From positions 75,752 through 139,751 of the forward strand of contig CAVTRY010000006.1 in the NCBI GenBank assembly GCA_963737265.1: a DNA stretch of 64,000 nt, read 5' to 3'. The DNA is from an uncultured delta proteobacterium (GTDB lineage Bacteria; Myxococcota_A; Polyangia; Fen-1088). The stretch's first letter is position 1, and each line of letters begins with the position of its first letter. Both the position numbers and the translations under genes were made by a program. The notes below the pieces were generated by a model that saw only the letters and a program-made list of their open reading frames with translations, was not told where the DNA came from and ran no database searches. Of the stretch, positions 48,434-58,907 are shown one piece after another.

Positions 48434-49171
48434 GTGGCACCACGCGACGAGATTTCCGGGCTCGGCGGCAAGTCCGATCGGCCGCATTTGAATGTGTCCG
48501 TCGAGCTATCGCGGCTAACGCTTACGCCCACCGAGGGTTTCGTTCTGTCGCGCGTCGATGGTCGCGCAAGCTACGACGAGATTTGCCGAATGTCGTCGCT
48601 CGGCCGCGAGGAAACCCTGGCCATCCTGCGCAGGCTGAAGGAGGCCAAGGTCATTCTGGACCCGGGCGAACCCGCCGCTGCACCCGTCCCGCCGCCCAGG
48701 CGCGAAAATTCAAGAGCGGCGAGTGCGCCCTCGTTGTGGCGCGAGCCCAAGACGCCGGCGCCGGTGATGGTCACCGACGAGATGCTGCGCAAAGCGCACG
48801 AGCAGACCAACGGCAAGGCCGCGGACGCCACCGCGGAGCCTGGCTCTGCGCTCGAACGCTTGGACGACGGCGGGCCGGTCGATCCGGGCGATCTCGTCGA
48901 CGGCCACGATCTTCCGCCCGACACCAAAAAGCGCATCGTGCGGCTGCACCGTCGCCTGCGCCGGCTGGCCCCGCACGAGCTTTTAGGGGTCGCCGAGGAC
49001 GCGGATGTGGCCACGGTCAAACGCGCCTTCACCGCGGCCTCGAAAGAGCTTCACCCCGACCGCTACTTCGGCAAGGATCTCGGCAGTTTCAAGGAAAAGC
49101 TAGCGCAGATTTTCGCTCGCCTGACCGAGGCCGCGCAGGCGATGGAAAAGGCGCGCAAGCGGAAGAAGTAG
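48434..49171 (+). CDS. J-domain (DnaJ-like) protein with N-terminal winged-helix-like segment
   Basis: LTPTEGFVLSRVDG; HELLGV...VKRAF...LHPDRYF. Confidence 0.8.
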   Translation: MAPRDEISGLGGKSDRPHLNVSVELSRLTLTPTEGFVLSRVDGRASYDEICRMSSLGREETLAILRRLKEAKVILDPGEPAAAPVPPPRRENSRAASAPSLWREPKTPAPVMVTDEMLRKAHEQTNGKAADATAEPGSALERLDDGGPVDPGDLVDGHDLPPDTKKRIVRLHRRLRRLAPHELLGVAEDADVATVKRAFTAASKELHPDRYFGKDLGSFKEKLAQIFARLTEAAQAMEKARKRKK

Positions 49172-49319
49172 CTTGCGTGCCGCCCGCAGGGCCGGCTGGC
49201 GGGCCGCGTGGGCGCGAGCGGTAACGTGTTCGTGTGGGGCACGCGAGACTGCGACGTGGGTGGCAAGGGGAGCCGCGCGGCGGCTATGCCGCCTATCTTA
49301 GTGTGCTACGTTCGAGAGC

Positions 49320-50441
49320 ATGCGACGGCGCCTGGCGATTGGCCTGGTTGTGCTTCTGTCCGCGGGCCTGCTTGCGGCGCGCGCCCTGCCCTTGCCCAGG
49401 CGCAGCGTGCCGGCGAGCCCGGCGGAGTCGGCGGAGCCTTCTTCGGCGCCGATGATCGCAGCCCATCGCGCGCCGTCGGGACCACGCCAGCGCGGGGTGG
49501 CGCTCGGGCTCTTCGCCGAAGATGTGAGCTTCTCGTACGCGCCGATGCTCGATGAAATCGTGGCTCTCGGGGCAAGTCACGTGGCGCTGGTGGTGCCGCT
49601 TTACCAGGTCAATGCAGCCTCGACCAAGCTCGGGCTGCACACGCGCTTTTCGCCTACGCTCGAAATGGTAGCGGACACCATTCGCCAGGCCAATCGGGCG
49701 GGGCTGGAAGTGACCGTGTTTCCCATCGTACGCCTGTCTAATCCAAGGTCGCCGAAAGAGTGGCGGGGAACCTTGGCGCCGTCCAACCGAGACGCCTGGT
49801 TCGCAAGCTACGGCGAGCAACTCGGCGACCTGGCGTCGATCGCCATGCTGACCGGTGCCACGCGCTTGGTGGTGGGCAGCGAGCTCTCGTCGCTCGACGG
49901 CGATCTCGAACGCTGGGGCAGGCTCATCACGCTCATCCATGCGGTATTTTCCGGCACGCTCGTCTATTCGGCCAACTGGGATCACTACCAGGACGCGCGG
50001 TTGTTCGACCTGGTCGACGAGATCGGTGTGGTCGGCTACTTCAACTTGCGCGAGCCGGCGGGAGTCTCCGATGTCCAAGCGCTGGCGAAGCGCTGGCGAA
50101 CCATTGCGCGCGACATCGAAGCCAGCCTGGCCAAGTACGACAAGCCGCTTGTCTTCACCGAGGTGGGCTACCGGTCGCGCTGCGGCGCCACCGCAGCGCC
50201 GTGGGATGAAGCCTCGGGCGGAACGGCCGATGCGGCGGAGCAGCAGCGCGGGTTCGAAGCCTTTCGCCTGGCCTGGACCGCGCACGAAACCAGTCACGTT
50301 CGCCTCGACGGGCTTTACATCTGGAACTGGTACGGCTACGGCGGGCCGCAGACCACGAGTTACACCCCGCGCGGGAAGCCCGCGCTTGTGACCATCAAAC
50401 AAATCATGGCCGACCTGGAAAACCCGGGGAGCGGCCCGTGA
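49320..50441 (+). CDS. Glycoside hydrolase family 113-like TIM-barrel protein, secreted
   Basis: WRG, VGSEL, YSANWD, PLVFTEVGYRS, GLYIWNW. Confidence 0.8.
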   Translation: MRRRLAIGLVVLLSAGLLAARALPLPRRSVPASPAESAEPSSAPMIAAHRAPSGPRQRGVALGLFAEDVSFSYAPMLDEIVALGASHVALVVPLYQVNAASTKLGLHTRFSPTLEMVADTIRQANRAGLEVTVFPIVRLSNPRSPKEWRGTLAPSNRDAWFASYGEQLGDLASIAMLTGATRLVVGSELSSLDGDLERWGRLITLIHAVFSGTLVYSANWDHYQDARLFDLVDEIGVVGYFNLREPAGVSDVQALAKRWRTIARDIEASLAKYDKPLVFTEVGYRSRCGATAAPWDEASGGTADAAEQQRGFEAFRLAWTAHETSHVRLDGLYIWNWYGYGGPQTTSYTPRGKPALVTIKQIMADLENPGSGP

Positions 50442-50444
50442 ATC

Positions 50445-52829
50445 CTACGCTGCCTTGCCGGTGTCCGCCGGCGGCGGCGACTTGGTGAACGGCGCCAGGG
50501 TCAGCGATTCCCAGGCCAAGAGAGCCAGGATGACGACGAAGCCGATCAGCAGCAGGAAGCTCTGATAGGTGTAGCGCAAATCCGTCCACCCCTCGGCCAG
50601 GGTGAAGTATTGCCCCACGCACATGGCGGCCAGGACAATGAAGACCCAGGCGAAGGTCGAGTCGTGATCCTCGCGCGGGCTTGCCACCGCCATGGGTAAC
50701 AAGAACACGAAGTGGCAATAGTAATTGGATGGGTAGAAGTAGAATGGAATCAGCAGAAGGCCGATGAGCGCGACCTGATCCAGTCGGCGACCGCGGCAGG
50801 CGACAAGCGCCAGCGCGGTCGCGATGAGGAGGATGCCGTAGAAGAGCGGGCGGCGCGCGGCGAAGGTCGTGCGCTGGGTGGTGTCCCAGTCGCCCCATGC
50901 CCCCGCGTGATGGTTGTTGCTGAGGCTCTTGGCCGACAGCTCGGGGCTGAAGGCAAGCACGTTGCGGAGGCCCACGTTGTTGGTGCTAGGGCCGGTGGCG
51001 TGAATCTCGATTTTCTGTTTCCAGGCGATCCAGGAATCGCGGAAGCCGAATAGCGCCGAGGTCAGCGCGACGAGTGCGACCACACAGATGGCGGCGCCGG
51101 TAAACGCACGCAGCGCGGGCCGCTGACCGCTTCGCCATTCCGCCTTGGAGGGCAACCGCCGCCTCGACCACCAGCTGTCGAATGCGAACCACGCCATGGG
51201 CACGACGAAGAAAAACGTCGCCATGGCAGGAAAAGCGCGAATGAGCCCGCCGTACGCGATGAGCACGCCGCCCAAGAAGGGCCGACCTTTCTTGATGGCG
51301 CAGGCGCCGAAGCCCAGCGCCACCAGCCAATCCTGGCGCAGGGTCGAGCCCATCAGGTTCGAGCCGAAGTTGTAAAAGTCGCTCGCCCCCCAAATCACCA
51401 TCACATACAACATCACCCGGATGCCGAAGGTCCGCGCCAGCACGAAGAAGAAGAGCAGCACCAGCGCCGGATCGATGAGCCCGGCGAGCGAGATGGACAG
51501 CTCGCTGGCGGGCGTTCCCTTGAAGATGAAATAGGCGGGCAGGACCCACACCGGCGTGGCGTTGCCGCCGTGATCTTGCATGCTGCCGAGGTAGTCGGTG
51601 CCGCCCATCGTGTCGGCGAAATACTTCATGTCGCGCTTGAATTCCTCCCAGCGCTCGGGCGTGAAGCGCGCGCGGATCTTGGGCAGCTCGCTCTCCACCT
51701 CGGTGCCGCTGCGGATCTCGGCGTCGCGCAGGTCGCGCAGGTGAACCTGCGCAAGCTGGTCGCGCGTGAAGCTGGGGGTGATATCCTGGTACGCCGCCAG
51801 GCTGGCGAGATAAAGGCCGTCGAAGCGCAGCTCGCGGAAGTACTTGGCGACCGGATAGTAGTGGCGCATGTCCCAGGTGTGCACCAGCGTGCGCCGGCCC
51901 TTGGCGTGGTCGAAGAATTGCGGCATGCCGAAGTGGTAATAGGTTCCGAAGGCGGTCACCGCACACAGGGCGAGCGTTGCCAAGGTCACCGCGCGCTCGG
52001 GCGCCCAGCGCTTGGATAGAAACGCCTCCTTCACCACCACCACCGCCGCCAGCGCCGCCACCATGGCGCGCAGCTCCGGCTCTTGATCGAAGAAGGGATA
52101 AAGATCGATGAGATCCCGGGTCAGCATCCAGGCCGCGCTGAGGACGGGCAGAACCAACACGTACTGCCACTTCGAGGCCGATCTTCGGTGGAACAGGACG
52201 AAGATGCCGGCCAGGGCGCCAAACAGCAGCACCTTGACGTCGGTGGAATCGCCCACGGGAACGCCGCGCGCGCGCGGCAGATCGGCGGGCCAGGGCACGG
52301 GGCACTCGGAATAGACGGCGATTTCACCCACGCTGTAGAGCGCGTCGCCTCCGGTAGCGGAGAGGCGAAGGTAGCGCACCGAGGTTTCGAGCTTGGTGCT
52401 GCGCACGCGCATGCCGGCGCCGCTCTCGGCACCGACCCGCCACAGCGGCTGCCAGTTTCGACCGTCTTGCGAACCAGACAGGAAGTAGACGTCGTTGTTG
52501 TCGGCCTGAACCAGCACGCAGCGTAGCGGTTGCACTTGGCCGAGGTCGTATTCGACGAAGGACGTGGCCGAGGAAAAACGCGACGTCAGATCGGTCAGCC
52601 AGGAGTCGCCTTCGTTGCTGAGGAGACTGTCGGTGAGGCGATCGGTGTTGGTCACGCCGTCGCTGCGCGATGGGCGCTGGCCGGCAATTAGGCTCTGCGG
52701 GTCGGCCGCGGCTGCCGTACCGCTCGCCACAGCGGCAACCGCGAGCGCGGCGAAAAGGAATTTCGGCCGACGGGCAATCCGGCGACTCGCTCGAGGTGTG
52801 ACAGACAGCACGTCATAGCTTGCAGGCAT
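50445..52829 (-). CDS. Discoidin (F5/8C)-domain multi-pass membrane protein, GT-C-like
   Basis: N-terminal FVEYDLG...QADNND.Y..SGSQDG..W...RYLRL; then many TM helices with WDMRHYY and DHGGNATPVW loops. Confidence 0.65.
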   Translation of the reverse strand: MPASYDVLSVTPRASRRIARRPKFLFAALAVAAVASGTAAAADPQSLIAGQRPSRSDGVTNTDRLTDSLLSNEGDSWLTDLTSRFSSATSFVEYDLGQVQPLRCVLVQADNNDVYFLSGSQDGRNWQPLWRVGAESGAGMRVRSTKLETSVRYLRLSATGGDALYSVGEIAVYSECPVPWPADLPRARGVPVGDSTDVKVLLFGALAGIFVLFHRRSASKWQYVLVLPVLSAAWMLTRDLIDLYPFFDQEPELRAMVAALAAVVVVKEAFLSKRWAPERAVTLATLALCAVTAFGTYYHFGMPQFFDHAKGRRTLVHTWDMRHYYPVAKYFRELRFDGLYLASLAAYQDITPSFTRDQLAQVHLRDLRDAEIRSGTEVESELPKIRARFTPERWEEFKRDMKYFADTMGGTDYLGSMQDHGGNATPVWVLPAYFIFKGTPASELSISLAGLIDPALVLLFFFVLARTFGIRVMLYVMVIWGASDFYNFGSNLMGSTLRQDWLVALGFGACAIKKGRPFLGGVLIAYGGLIRAFPAMATFFFVVPMAWFAFDSWWSRRRLPSKAEWRSGQRPALRAFTGAAICVVALVALTSALFGFRDSWIAWKQKIEIHATGPSTNNVGLRNVLAFSPELSAKSLSNNHHAGAWGDWDTTQRTTFAARRPLFYGILLIATALALVACRGRRLDQVALIGLLLIPFYFYPSNYYCHFVFLLPMAVASPREDHDSTFAWVFIVLAAMCVGQYFTLAEGWTDLRYTYQSFLLLIGFVVILALLAWESLTLAPFTKSPPPADTGKAA

Positions 52830-52878
52830 GGCGGCCGGACGCTACGTGTGAGGAGCCCGATCCGTCAACATCCGTCGA

Positions 52879-52907
52879 CTAGCCGGGTGCCGCGAAGGCC
52901 CGGCTAG
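52879..52907 (-). terminator. Hairpin downstream of the small protein gene
   Basis: CTAGCCGGG...CCCGGCTAG perfect 9-bp stem about 10 nt after the TAG at 52917. Confidence 0.5.
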
Positions 52908-52916
52908 CCGCGCCAG

Positions 52917-53093
52917 CTACGCCTGCGGCTTCGGGGCCTCGGGCTCGGACGGCGCGACCTTGTCGGCTGCGTCCCCCAACGATTTCAGGAACCGTTCGTA
53001 TTCCTTGCGAGTGACGAGCCCGCGCTTGATGTTGCGCTCGACCGTACGGAGATCGAACAATCGGAGATCCTTGGCATCTTCCTCGCGACTCAT
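52917..53093 (-). CDS. Small 58-aa protein (absent from ORF track)
   Basis: MSREEDAKDLRLFDLRTVERNIKRGLVTRKEYERFLKSLGDAADKVAPSEPEAPKPQA; GC3-biased codons, fills the intergenic gap, hairpin after stop. Confidence 0.75.
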   Translation of the reverse strand: MSREEDAKDLRLFDLRTVERNIKRGLVTRKEYERFLKSLGDAADKVAPSEPEAPKPQA

Positions 53094-53168
53094 GGACGGA
53101 AGTGGTTAGCGAAGACCGGCCGACAAGTCAAGTCCCGTGCGCCGGCCGTGTGGCCACGAGAGCACCGT

Positions 53169-54998
53169 CTAGGGTGCAAGTCTGGCCAGATGTTCCGCTA
53201 TTCCCGACGAGCGATTTTGGCTGCTAGCCACCCCGGCCGCAAACATATCGGCCGTGCCGCACAGAATGACGCTGCTGCGGGCACGCGAGATCGCCGTGTA
53301 GAGCAGCTCGCGCGTGAGCAGCGGGCAGGGCGAGTCGGGGAGCAGCACGACCACCTCGTCGAGCTCGGAGCCCTGCGCCTTGTGGACCGTGAGCGCGAAG
53401 GCGAGGCTCAAGGCGTCGCCCAAGGTCCGCGGATCAACCGGCTGCCAGCCCTCGCGCGAGCGAAAGACGACCGAGATGGTCACGGGTTGCCCGGGCCGCT
53501 GCACGCGCACCGCCACGCCCTGATCGCCGTTCCACAGTCCGCGCTCGTAGTCATTGCGCAACACCATGACCGGCTCGCCGGGCGAGAACAGCGGCCCACC
53601 GCCGCACAAATCGTGCAAGACGGCGTTGGTCCGCTCGACCCCGGCGGCGCGCTGTCGGGTGATGGCCAAGATTCGCGTGCGGCCGAGCTGCGCCGAAAGA
53701 GCGTCCAGCGCAAGCGTGTCCTCGACGTCGAAGGCGCCGTCGCGAAAGGCGTAGACGCGCTCGACGAGAGCTCGAATCGCTTCATCGGCGAAGATCCTGG
53801 CGTGGTGGTGGCGCAGGAGCTCTTCGCGTTGATCGGCCGGCAGCAACTCAACCCCGCGGTGAGTGAGTGCGCCCGGCTGCTGGCGAAGCGCCCACAGATC
53901 CTTTCCCGCGTCCGCCTCGCCGGCGCGCACGGCGCTTGCCAGGGCGGCAAGCTGTCTTCCCACGGCTTGGGACGCGTCGGTGCGAAAGCCATGCCCGAGG
54001 CGAACGGCATAGCCGCCGAGATCGCGAAACACGGCGCCCGCCGACACCGACGGCAGCTGATTCGCGTCGCCGAGAAGGACCAGCAGGGTGTCATCCGCCA
54101 GCGCGGCGAGCAGACGGTCCATGAGCGCAAGGTCGATCATGGACGACTCGTCTACGATCACCGCGCTGTGGGGCAGAATGGTTGGAACAGCGACGGGAAA
54201 GCCGCCTCGCGAGCGCACGGCGCCGAGCAGGCGGTGTAGGGTTTGCGCCTTGGGGCAGTCGGCCAGCAAGGTCCGATCCGCGGTCGGAGGGTTCTTGAGC
54301 AAGCTGAGACGGCTGCGAAAGTCGTCTTCCAAGCGACTCGCCGCCTTGCCGGTCGGGGCGCATAAGGCGATGCGCGCGGGCGTTATGCCCAAGCGCACTA
54401 GACTGCGCACCAGCGCGAGCGCGGTGGTCGTCTTGCCGGTGCCAGGACCACCCGAGATGACGCCGAGGAAGCAGCCCAGCGCTGTCAGGATCGCGACCTT
54501 CTGTTCGTCGCTGGGCGCGCCCGGACCGGTGGCCACGACGTCGTCGAGTGCCGCCGCCGCGGCCGACTTGGCAAACGGTTCGGGCCTGGCCAAACGTGCC
54601 GCCAGCGCGGAGGCGACACGGCCTTCGCGGGCATGAGCTCTCTCGATGTAGAGTTGGTTTCCGTCGAGAATGAGCGGTGTGCGGCCGGGCGCCGGACCCG
54701 CGAGCTCGGGCACTTTGGCGAGCAGAGATCGATCGTCTTCGCTGGTGGGCAGGCGCGTGCCACCCAGTGCCTGCGCCACGAGCAGGCGCCCCACGAGCAG
54801 CATCAAGGCGTCGCGTTCAGCGGGCGTGATACCGGCCGCGAGATGCGCGAGCTGCCAAGCCAGGAAGGCATCACCCTCGTCAAGGTCGTTGTCGCGCGCG
54901 AGGTCGAGCAGGGCCTCGGGATAGGCGCGGGTTGGGGCCAGCCGCTGGCGAGCCGTTCCGTCGGGCGAGAGCGGTGGCAGGGTCCGGAAATTCTTCAC
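53169..54998 (-). CDS. recD: Exodeoxyribonuclease V alpha subunit
   Basis: ISGGPGTGKTT, APTGKAA, TLHRLLG, VDESSM, GDANQLPSV, TVHKAQGSE, RELLYTAISRAR; GTGA overlap with recB. Confidence 0.93.
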   Translation of the reverse strand: MKNFRTLPPLSPDGTARQRLAPTRAYPEALLDLARDNDLDEGDAFLAWQLAHLAAGITPAERDALMLLVGRLLVAQALGGTRLPTSEDDRSLLAKVPELAGPAPGRTPLILDGNQLYIERAHAREGRVASALAARLARPEPFAKSAAAAALDDVVATGPGAPSDEQKVAILTALGCFLGVISGGPGTGKTTTALALVRSLVRLGITPARIALCAPTGKAASRLEDDFRSRLSLLKNPPTADRTLLADCPKAQTLHRLLGAVRSRGGFPVAVPTILPHSAVIVDESSMIDLALMDRLLAALADDTLLVLLGDANQLPSVSAGAVFRDLGGYAVRLGHGFRTDASQAVGRQLAALASAVRAGEADAGKDLWALRQQPGALTHRGVELLPADQREELLRHHHARIFADEAIRALVERVYAFRDGAFDVEDTLALDALSAQLGRTRILAITRQRAAGVERTNAVLHDLCGGGPLFSPGEPVMVLRNDYERGLWNGDQGVAVRVQRPGQPVTISVVFRSREGWQPVDPRTLGDALSLAFALTVHKAQGSELDEVVVLLPDSPCPLLTRELLYTAISRARSSVILCGTADMFAAGVASSQNRSSGIAEHLARLAP

Positions 54999-57900
54999 GT
55001 CAGCCCCCAGAAATCCTGGCCCAGCATGGCCGTCTCCCAGGACAGGACTTCTTCCCACTCCGGCTTGCGGAAAAAGATCCCGGCGCGGTCGTCATTAGCA
55101 CGCCGGCCACGCAGGAATAGAAATAGCACGCCGCCTGAGCGCCGTTCGTAGTCGTCGCGTGTGGCGATTCCACACAGACGCAGGACAGCGATGGTGTAGA
55201 CGCGCGCTTGGACATCGTAGTTCAAGGCGCAGTGGCGGGCGACGGTCTCGGCCTCCCAGCTTGGTAAACGATCGCTCTTCCAGTCGCACACGAAGACCTT
55301 GCCCTCGTGCTCGAACATGAGGTCGACGAAACCCTTCACCAACCCGCGCTCGACCCGCCACGGAATCGGATCGTTCCCCCCGCCCGACCGCGACAGCAGC
55401 CGGTGGTTTTGCTCGGGAATAGGGAAGAGAAATTCCATTTCTCGCCGGGCTTGCTTGACCGAAGCCAGGCGGGAGATAACGGCGCGGCCCAGCCTGACGG
55501 GCGTCGTGTAGGCGGCGTGGACCAGGCGCGCGGCAAGCGGCCCGTGACGCTCCGGTCTCCCGTGGCGACGGCGCAGGCTTTCTACCAACTCTGCGACGCT
55601 CGGCTGGGACAACCAGTCGGCGAAGGACGGCCCACGCCCGAGCTCGGGAAGCGAAACGCGCTCCAGCATCTCGTGCAGGAAGACGCCGGTCTCGGGTCCG
55701 CCCGGCAGGTCATCGTCCGCCGCGGGCGCGGCGACGACAAGATCGCCGGCCGGCTCGCTCGCGCGTGGAAAATCGGTAGGGTCCTCGACCGGCACGAAGC
55801 CACCGTGAGCGCGTTTGATGGCCGTGTACGAAGTCACTAGGAAACCGTGGCGACGTTTCTTGATGGCGGCGGTCTCAGCCGGCGCGACGACGTCAGCCAG
55901 GAGCTCGGAGGTCGGCCCGATGGGGCCGAGATCGGGCGCGGCGCCGGCTTCCGTCGCCAGCAAAGCTTGCGGCGAATCGTCGACGGGGATCACGTCGAAC
56001 AAGGGATGGCATAGCTCGCGCCCAAGGATTTCGTCCAGCCGTTGGTTGACCCTGCGGTAACGGCCCGAGAGTGACTTTAGCTGCGGCGGGTAGTGGGGAA
56101 GGTACAAGCGGTAGCGGGCGCGCGTCATCGCAACATAGAGAAGGCGACTATTTTCATCCTCGTTCTCTTCGTCGACCCGCTGTCTTTCGGCCGCTGCGAG
56201 CGGGCCGATGTGCACCACGCGCCGTCCGTGTTCGCGAAAGGTGTGAATCGTCTTGCCTGGTTTTTCGCCCGTGCCGCCGTAAAGAAAAACCACGCCGGCT
56301 TCGAGCCCTTTGGCCTTATGCACAGTCAAGATCTGCACGGCGTCCTTGTCGGTCTCGAGGCGCTGCAGGTCGCTGTCGATGCCCGGCGGCCGGCGGGCAC
56401 CGCGGATGAAGGCGTCCAAACTATCGGCCAACTCCAGCACCGAGGCGCGCGTGCGCATCCATTCCGCCTGCAGGATTTCGAAAACGTGCAGGATATTGGT
56501 CAGGGCGCGCTCGCTCCCGTGGGCGAAGACCTCGCGGCGCACGATGCCGCTATCGTCGATGATGGAAGCGAAGAGCACCGGGATGTTCCCGGCTCGCGCC
56601 AAAGCGGCCCAATGCAGGAGAAGCCGCGCGGGTCCTTCGCCCGATCCCAACTCCGCACCCGCAGCCACGTCGACCAGGTCCAAGCCGAAGAACCCGGTGA
56701 GCAGCGCCAAAGAGCGCAGGTTGCGATCCTCGGGACAAGCCACGGCACGCAAGAGCGCCAAGGCATCCGCCGCCTCGGGTGAGGCGAACAGGTCGCCCAG
56801 CTTGTAATAGGCGAAGGGAATGCCGGCCCCGGCGAGCGCGCGGCCCATGTCCTGGCACTCGCTATTGGTGAAGGTCAGAAGGAAAATGTCGCGGGCACGA
56901 AGCTTGGCATCGCCATCGCCCAACAAGCGCAACGAGCTTGCCGGAGCCAGGACGGCGCGAAGCTCGTCGACGATGGCCGCCCGGATTGCGGCGCGGGCAG
57001 GGGCCGCGTGCAGCAAGGGATGCGCGGTCGCAAGGGCGAAGACAACCACCGGAGCGGCCGCACCGCCCGCCCCGTCCACCAACGCGAGCTCCGGGCGGCC
57101 GCACAGGGCGGGTTGCTGGTAGCCGATTCCGCTGTCGCGACGAAAGAAGCCCGCACCCTGGTCGAAGATGAGGTTGCTGGCCTCGATGATCCGCGTACTG
57201 GAGCGAAAATTGCGATCGAGAACCAAGCGAACGAAGCGATTTCCCCCCGCTGCTCGCAACACTTCGCAGGCCTCAAGGTAGGTTCGCACGTCCGCGCCGC
57301 GAAAGCCGTAGATGGCCTGTTTGGGATCGCCGATGACGGTGAGCGCGTGCTCGTCGTTTGCGTCGACGAAGATGCGGCGGAAAATTGTCCACTGAATCTC
57401 GTCGGTGTCCTGGAACTCGTCGATGAGGGCGTGGCGGTAGCGCTGGCGCAGCGTCGACAGCAGGGCGAGACCGGCCGGGCCCGGGTCGGCGAGGGCGCGG
57501 GCCACCAGCTTCAGCATGTCGGCGAAGTCGAAGAGGCCAGCGGCGCGCTTGCGTTCATGGGCGCGCTGCTGGGCCCATGGCAAAAGCATTTGGGTCAAGA
57601 CCGCAGCGAGGGGAGCGACACCTTGGTGGAGCTCGCGAACGGCGTCGGCGAGCCGCTCCAGCTTCGGGTCTGGAAGGGCTTTTTCCAAGCGTTCCAAAAT
57701 CCATGTCAGGTCGTCCGGAGATCGCTGCATGGCCACCACAAAGCGCATGCCGTCGCCCGCGCACGCGGCCACGATGTCGGACACGCGGGCCAGGCGACCG
57801 AGCATCGGGGAGGTACTGTTGCCATGGATGCCGGCAACCTTCATGCGCTGCTTGAGCACCGCATCCGTGCCAGCCACTGGTTGCCACTTGCCGAGCGCCG

Positions 57901-58122
57901 CTGCCAGGCGTTGCTCATCAAACAAGGGGTGCACCGTCGTTGCCCCGGCGTGGTTGCATTCGCGCACAAGCCGCTCGAGTCGCGCCATGGATTCGCCACT
58001 CGCAAGCCAGCCCTCGATGCCCGCGGCCAGACTCTCGTTCGTGGCGACTTTCGTGCGCAGCACCTCGTGGAATGCGGCGGCGAAGGTGTCCTCCTCGCCT
58101 ACCAATTCTTCGTCGAACAGGC
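54995..58122 (-). pseudogene. recB: RecB helicase/nuclease, 5'-truncated (Walker A region missing)
   Basis: LIDEFQDTD, GDPKQAIYGFRGAD, NFRS, TVHKAKGLE, LLYVAMTRA, nuclease GFVDL...DWKS; no GTGKT motif; homology breaks near 58122. Confidence 0.85.
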
Positions 58123-58213
58123 GAGAACGCGGCTCCACCAAGCCCTGCTCGCCTTCGATCGCGCCAGCATCTTCACCATCCACGGTTTCTGCCAACGCGT
58201 CCTGCGCGAACAT
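58113..58213 (+). other. Inverted segment of recB coding sequence
   Basis: Plus strand reads EQARTRLHQALLAFDRASIFTIHGFCQRVLREH, the RecB/UvrD TIHxFC motif that normally precedes RLFDEEL on the minus strand. Confidence 0.85.
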
Positions 58214-58290
58214 AAGAAATCTCGCCGCGGCTGCGCCTCGGCTGGTCATTGTAAGAAATCTCGCCGCGGCTGCGCCTCGGCTGGTCATTG
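58213..58290. repeat. Two exact tandem 39-bp copies with internal REP-like hairpin
   Basis: TAAGAAATCTCGCCGCGGCTGCGCCTCGGCTGGTCATTG at 58213-58251 and 58252-58290; degenerate third start AAGAAAATCCGCCGCG. Confidence 0.95.
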
Positions 58291-58800
58291 AAGAAAATCC
58301 GCCGCGCCGAGGGCCGTCTCGAAGAGGGGGGCGGGCAGGAACACGGGTTCAAGGGCTCCATGTGATGGACTCGAACGCCGAGCAGGTACAGGCTCACTGA
58401 GAGCACGCGCTCGGTGGCGCCCGCGGTCGCCTCGCGCGCCATTCGAACCACCACCGCGCGCAGCGCGGTCTGATCGTAGGACGACAGCACCGCCGCGAGA
58501 AAGGCCTCGGCGCGTGGCGCCTGCCAGAACGGCTCGTGCCCGTCGCCCGGAAACAAGACATTGACGTGAGGCGCGTCACGCAGTCGCACACGCGCCGAAG
58601 CTCGGGCACGAGGATGCGTCCGTTCTGGAGATCCGGCGCGAACATGTTCCAGGTTTGACTGAGCGCCAGAGTGCGACGACGGGCGCGAGCAGCGCGCGCA
58701 CCGGCCGGAGCGGCAGAAGCGCCGGCGGAATGGCCCAGACCGAGATCAACGCAACGAGCGACGCCAGGAGCACGCGACCCAAAGGGCTTATGTGGCTCAT
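58291..58800 (-). pseudogene. Frameshifted membrane-anchored protein gene (QxWxMFAP motif)
   Basis: Hydrophobic N-terminus, LSQTWNMFAPD and C-terminal part are spread over three frames. Confidence 0.5.
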
Positions 58801-58907
58801 CTGGCTTAGGCCTGCCTCGCAACGAGCGTGTGGACTCCCATGAGCCAGTGAGTGTATCATTGACCGGCCAGTGAACACCAACCATCACTCACTCGCACTT
58901 TCACGCG

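Noticed and set aside
58213-58290. CRISPR array
   Set aside because: The two 39-bp copies are directly adjacent with no spacer, and no cas genes are present
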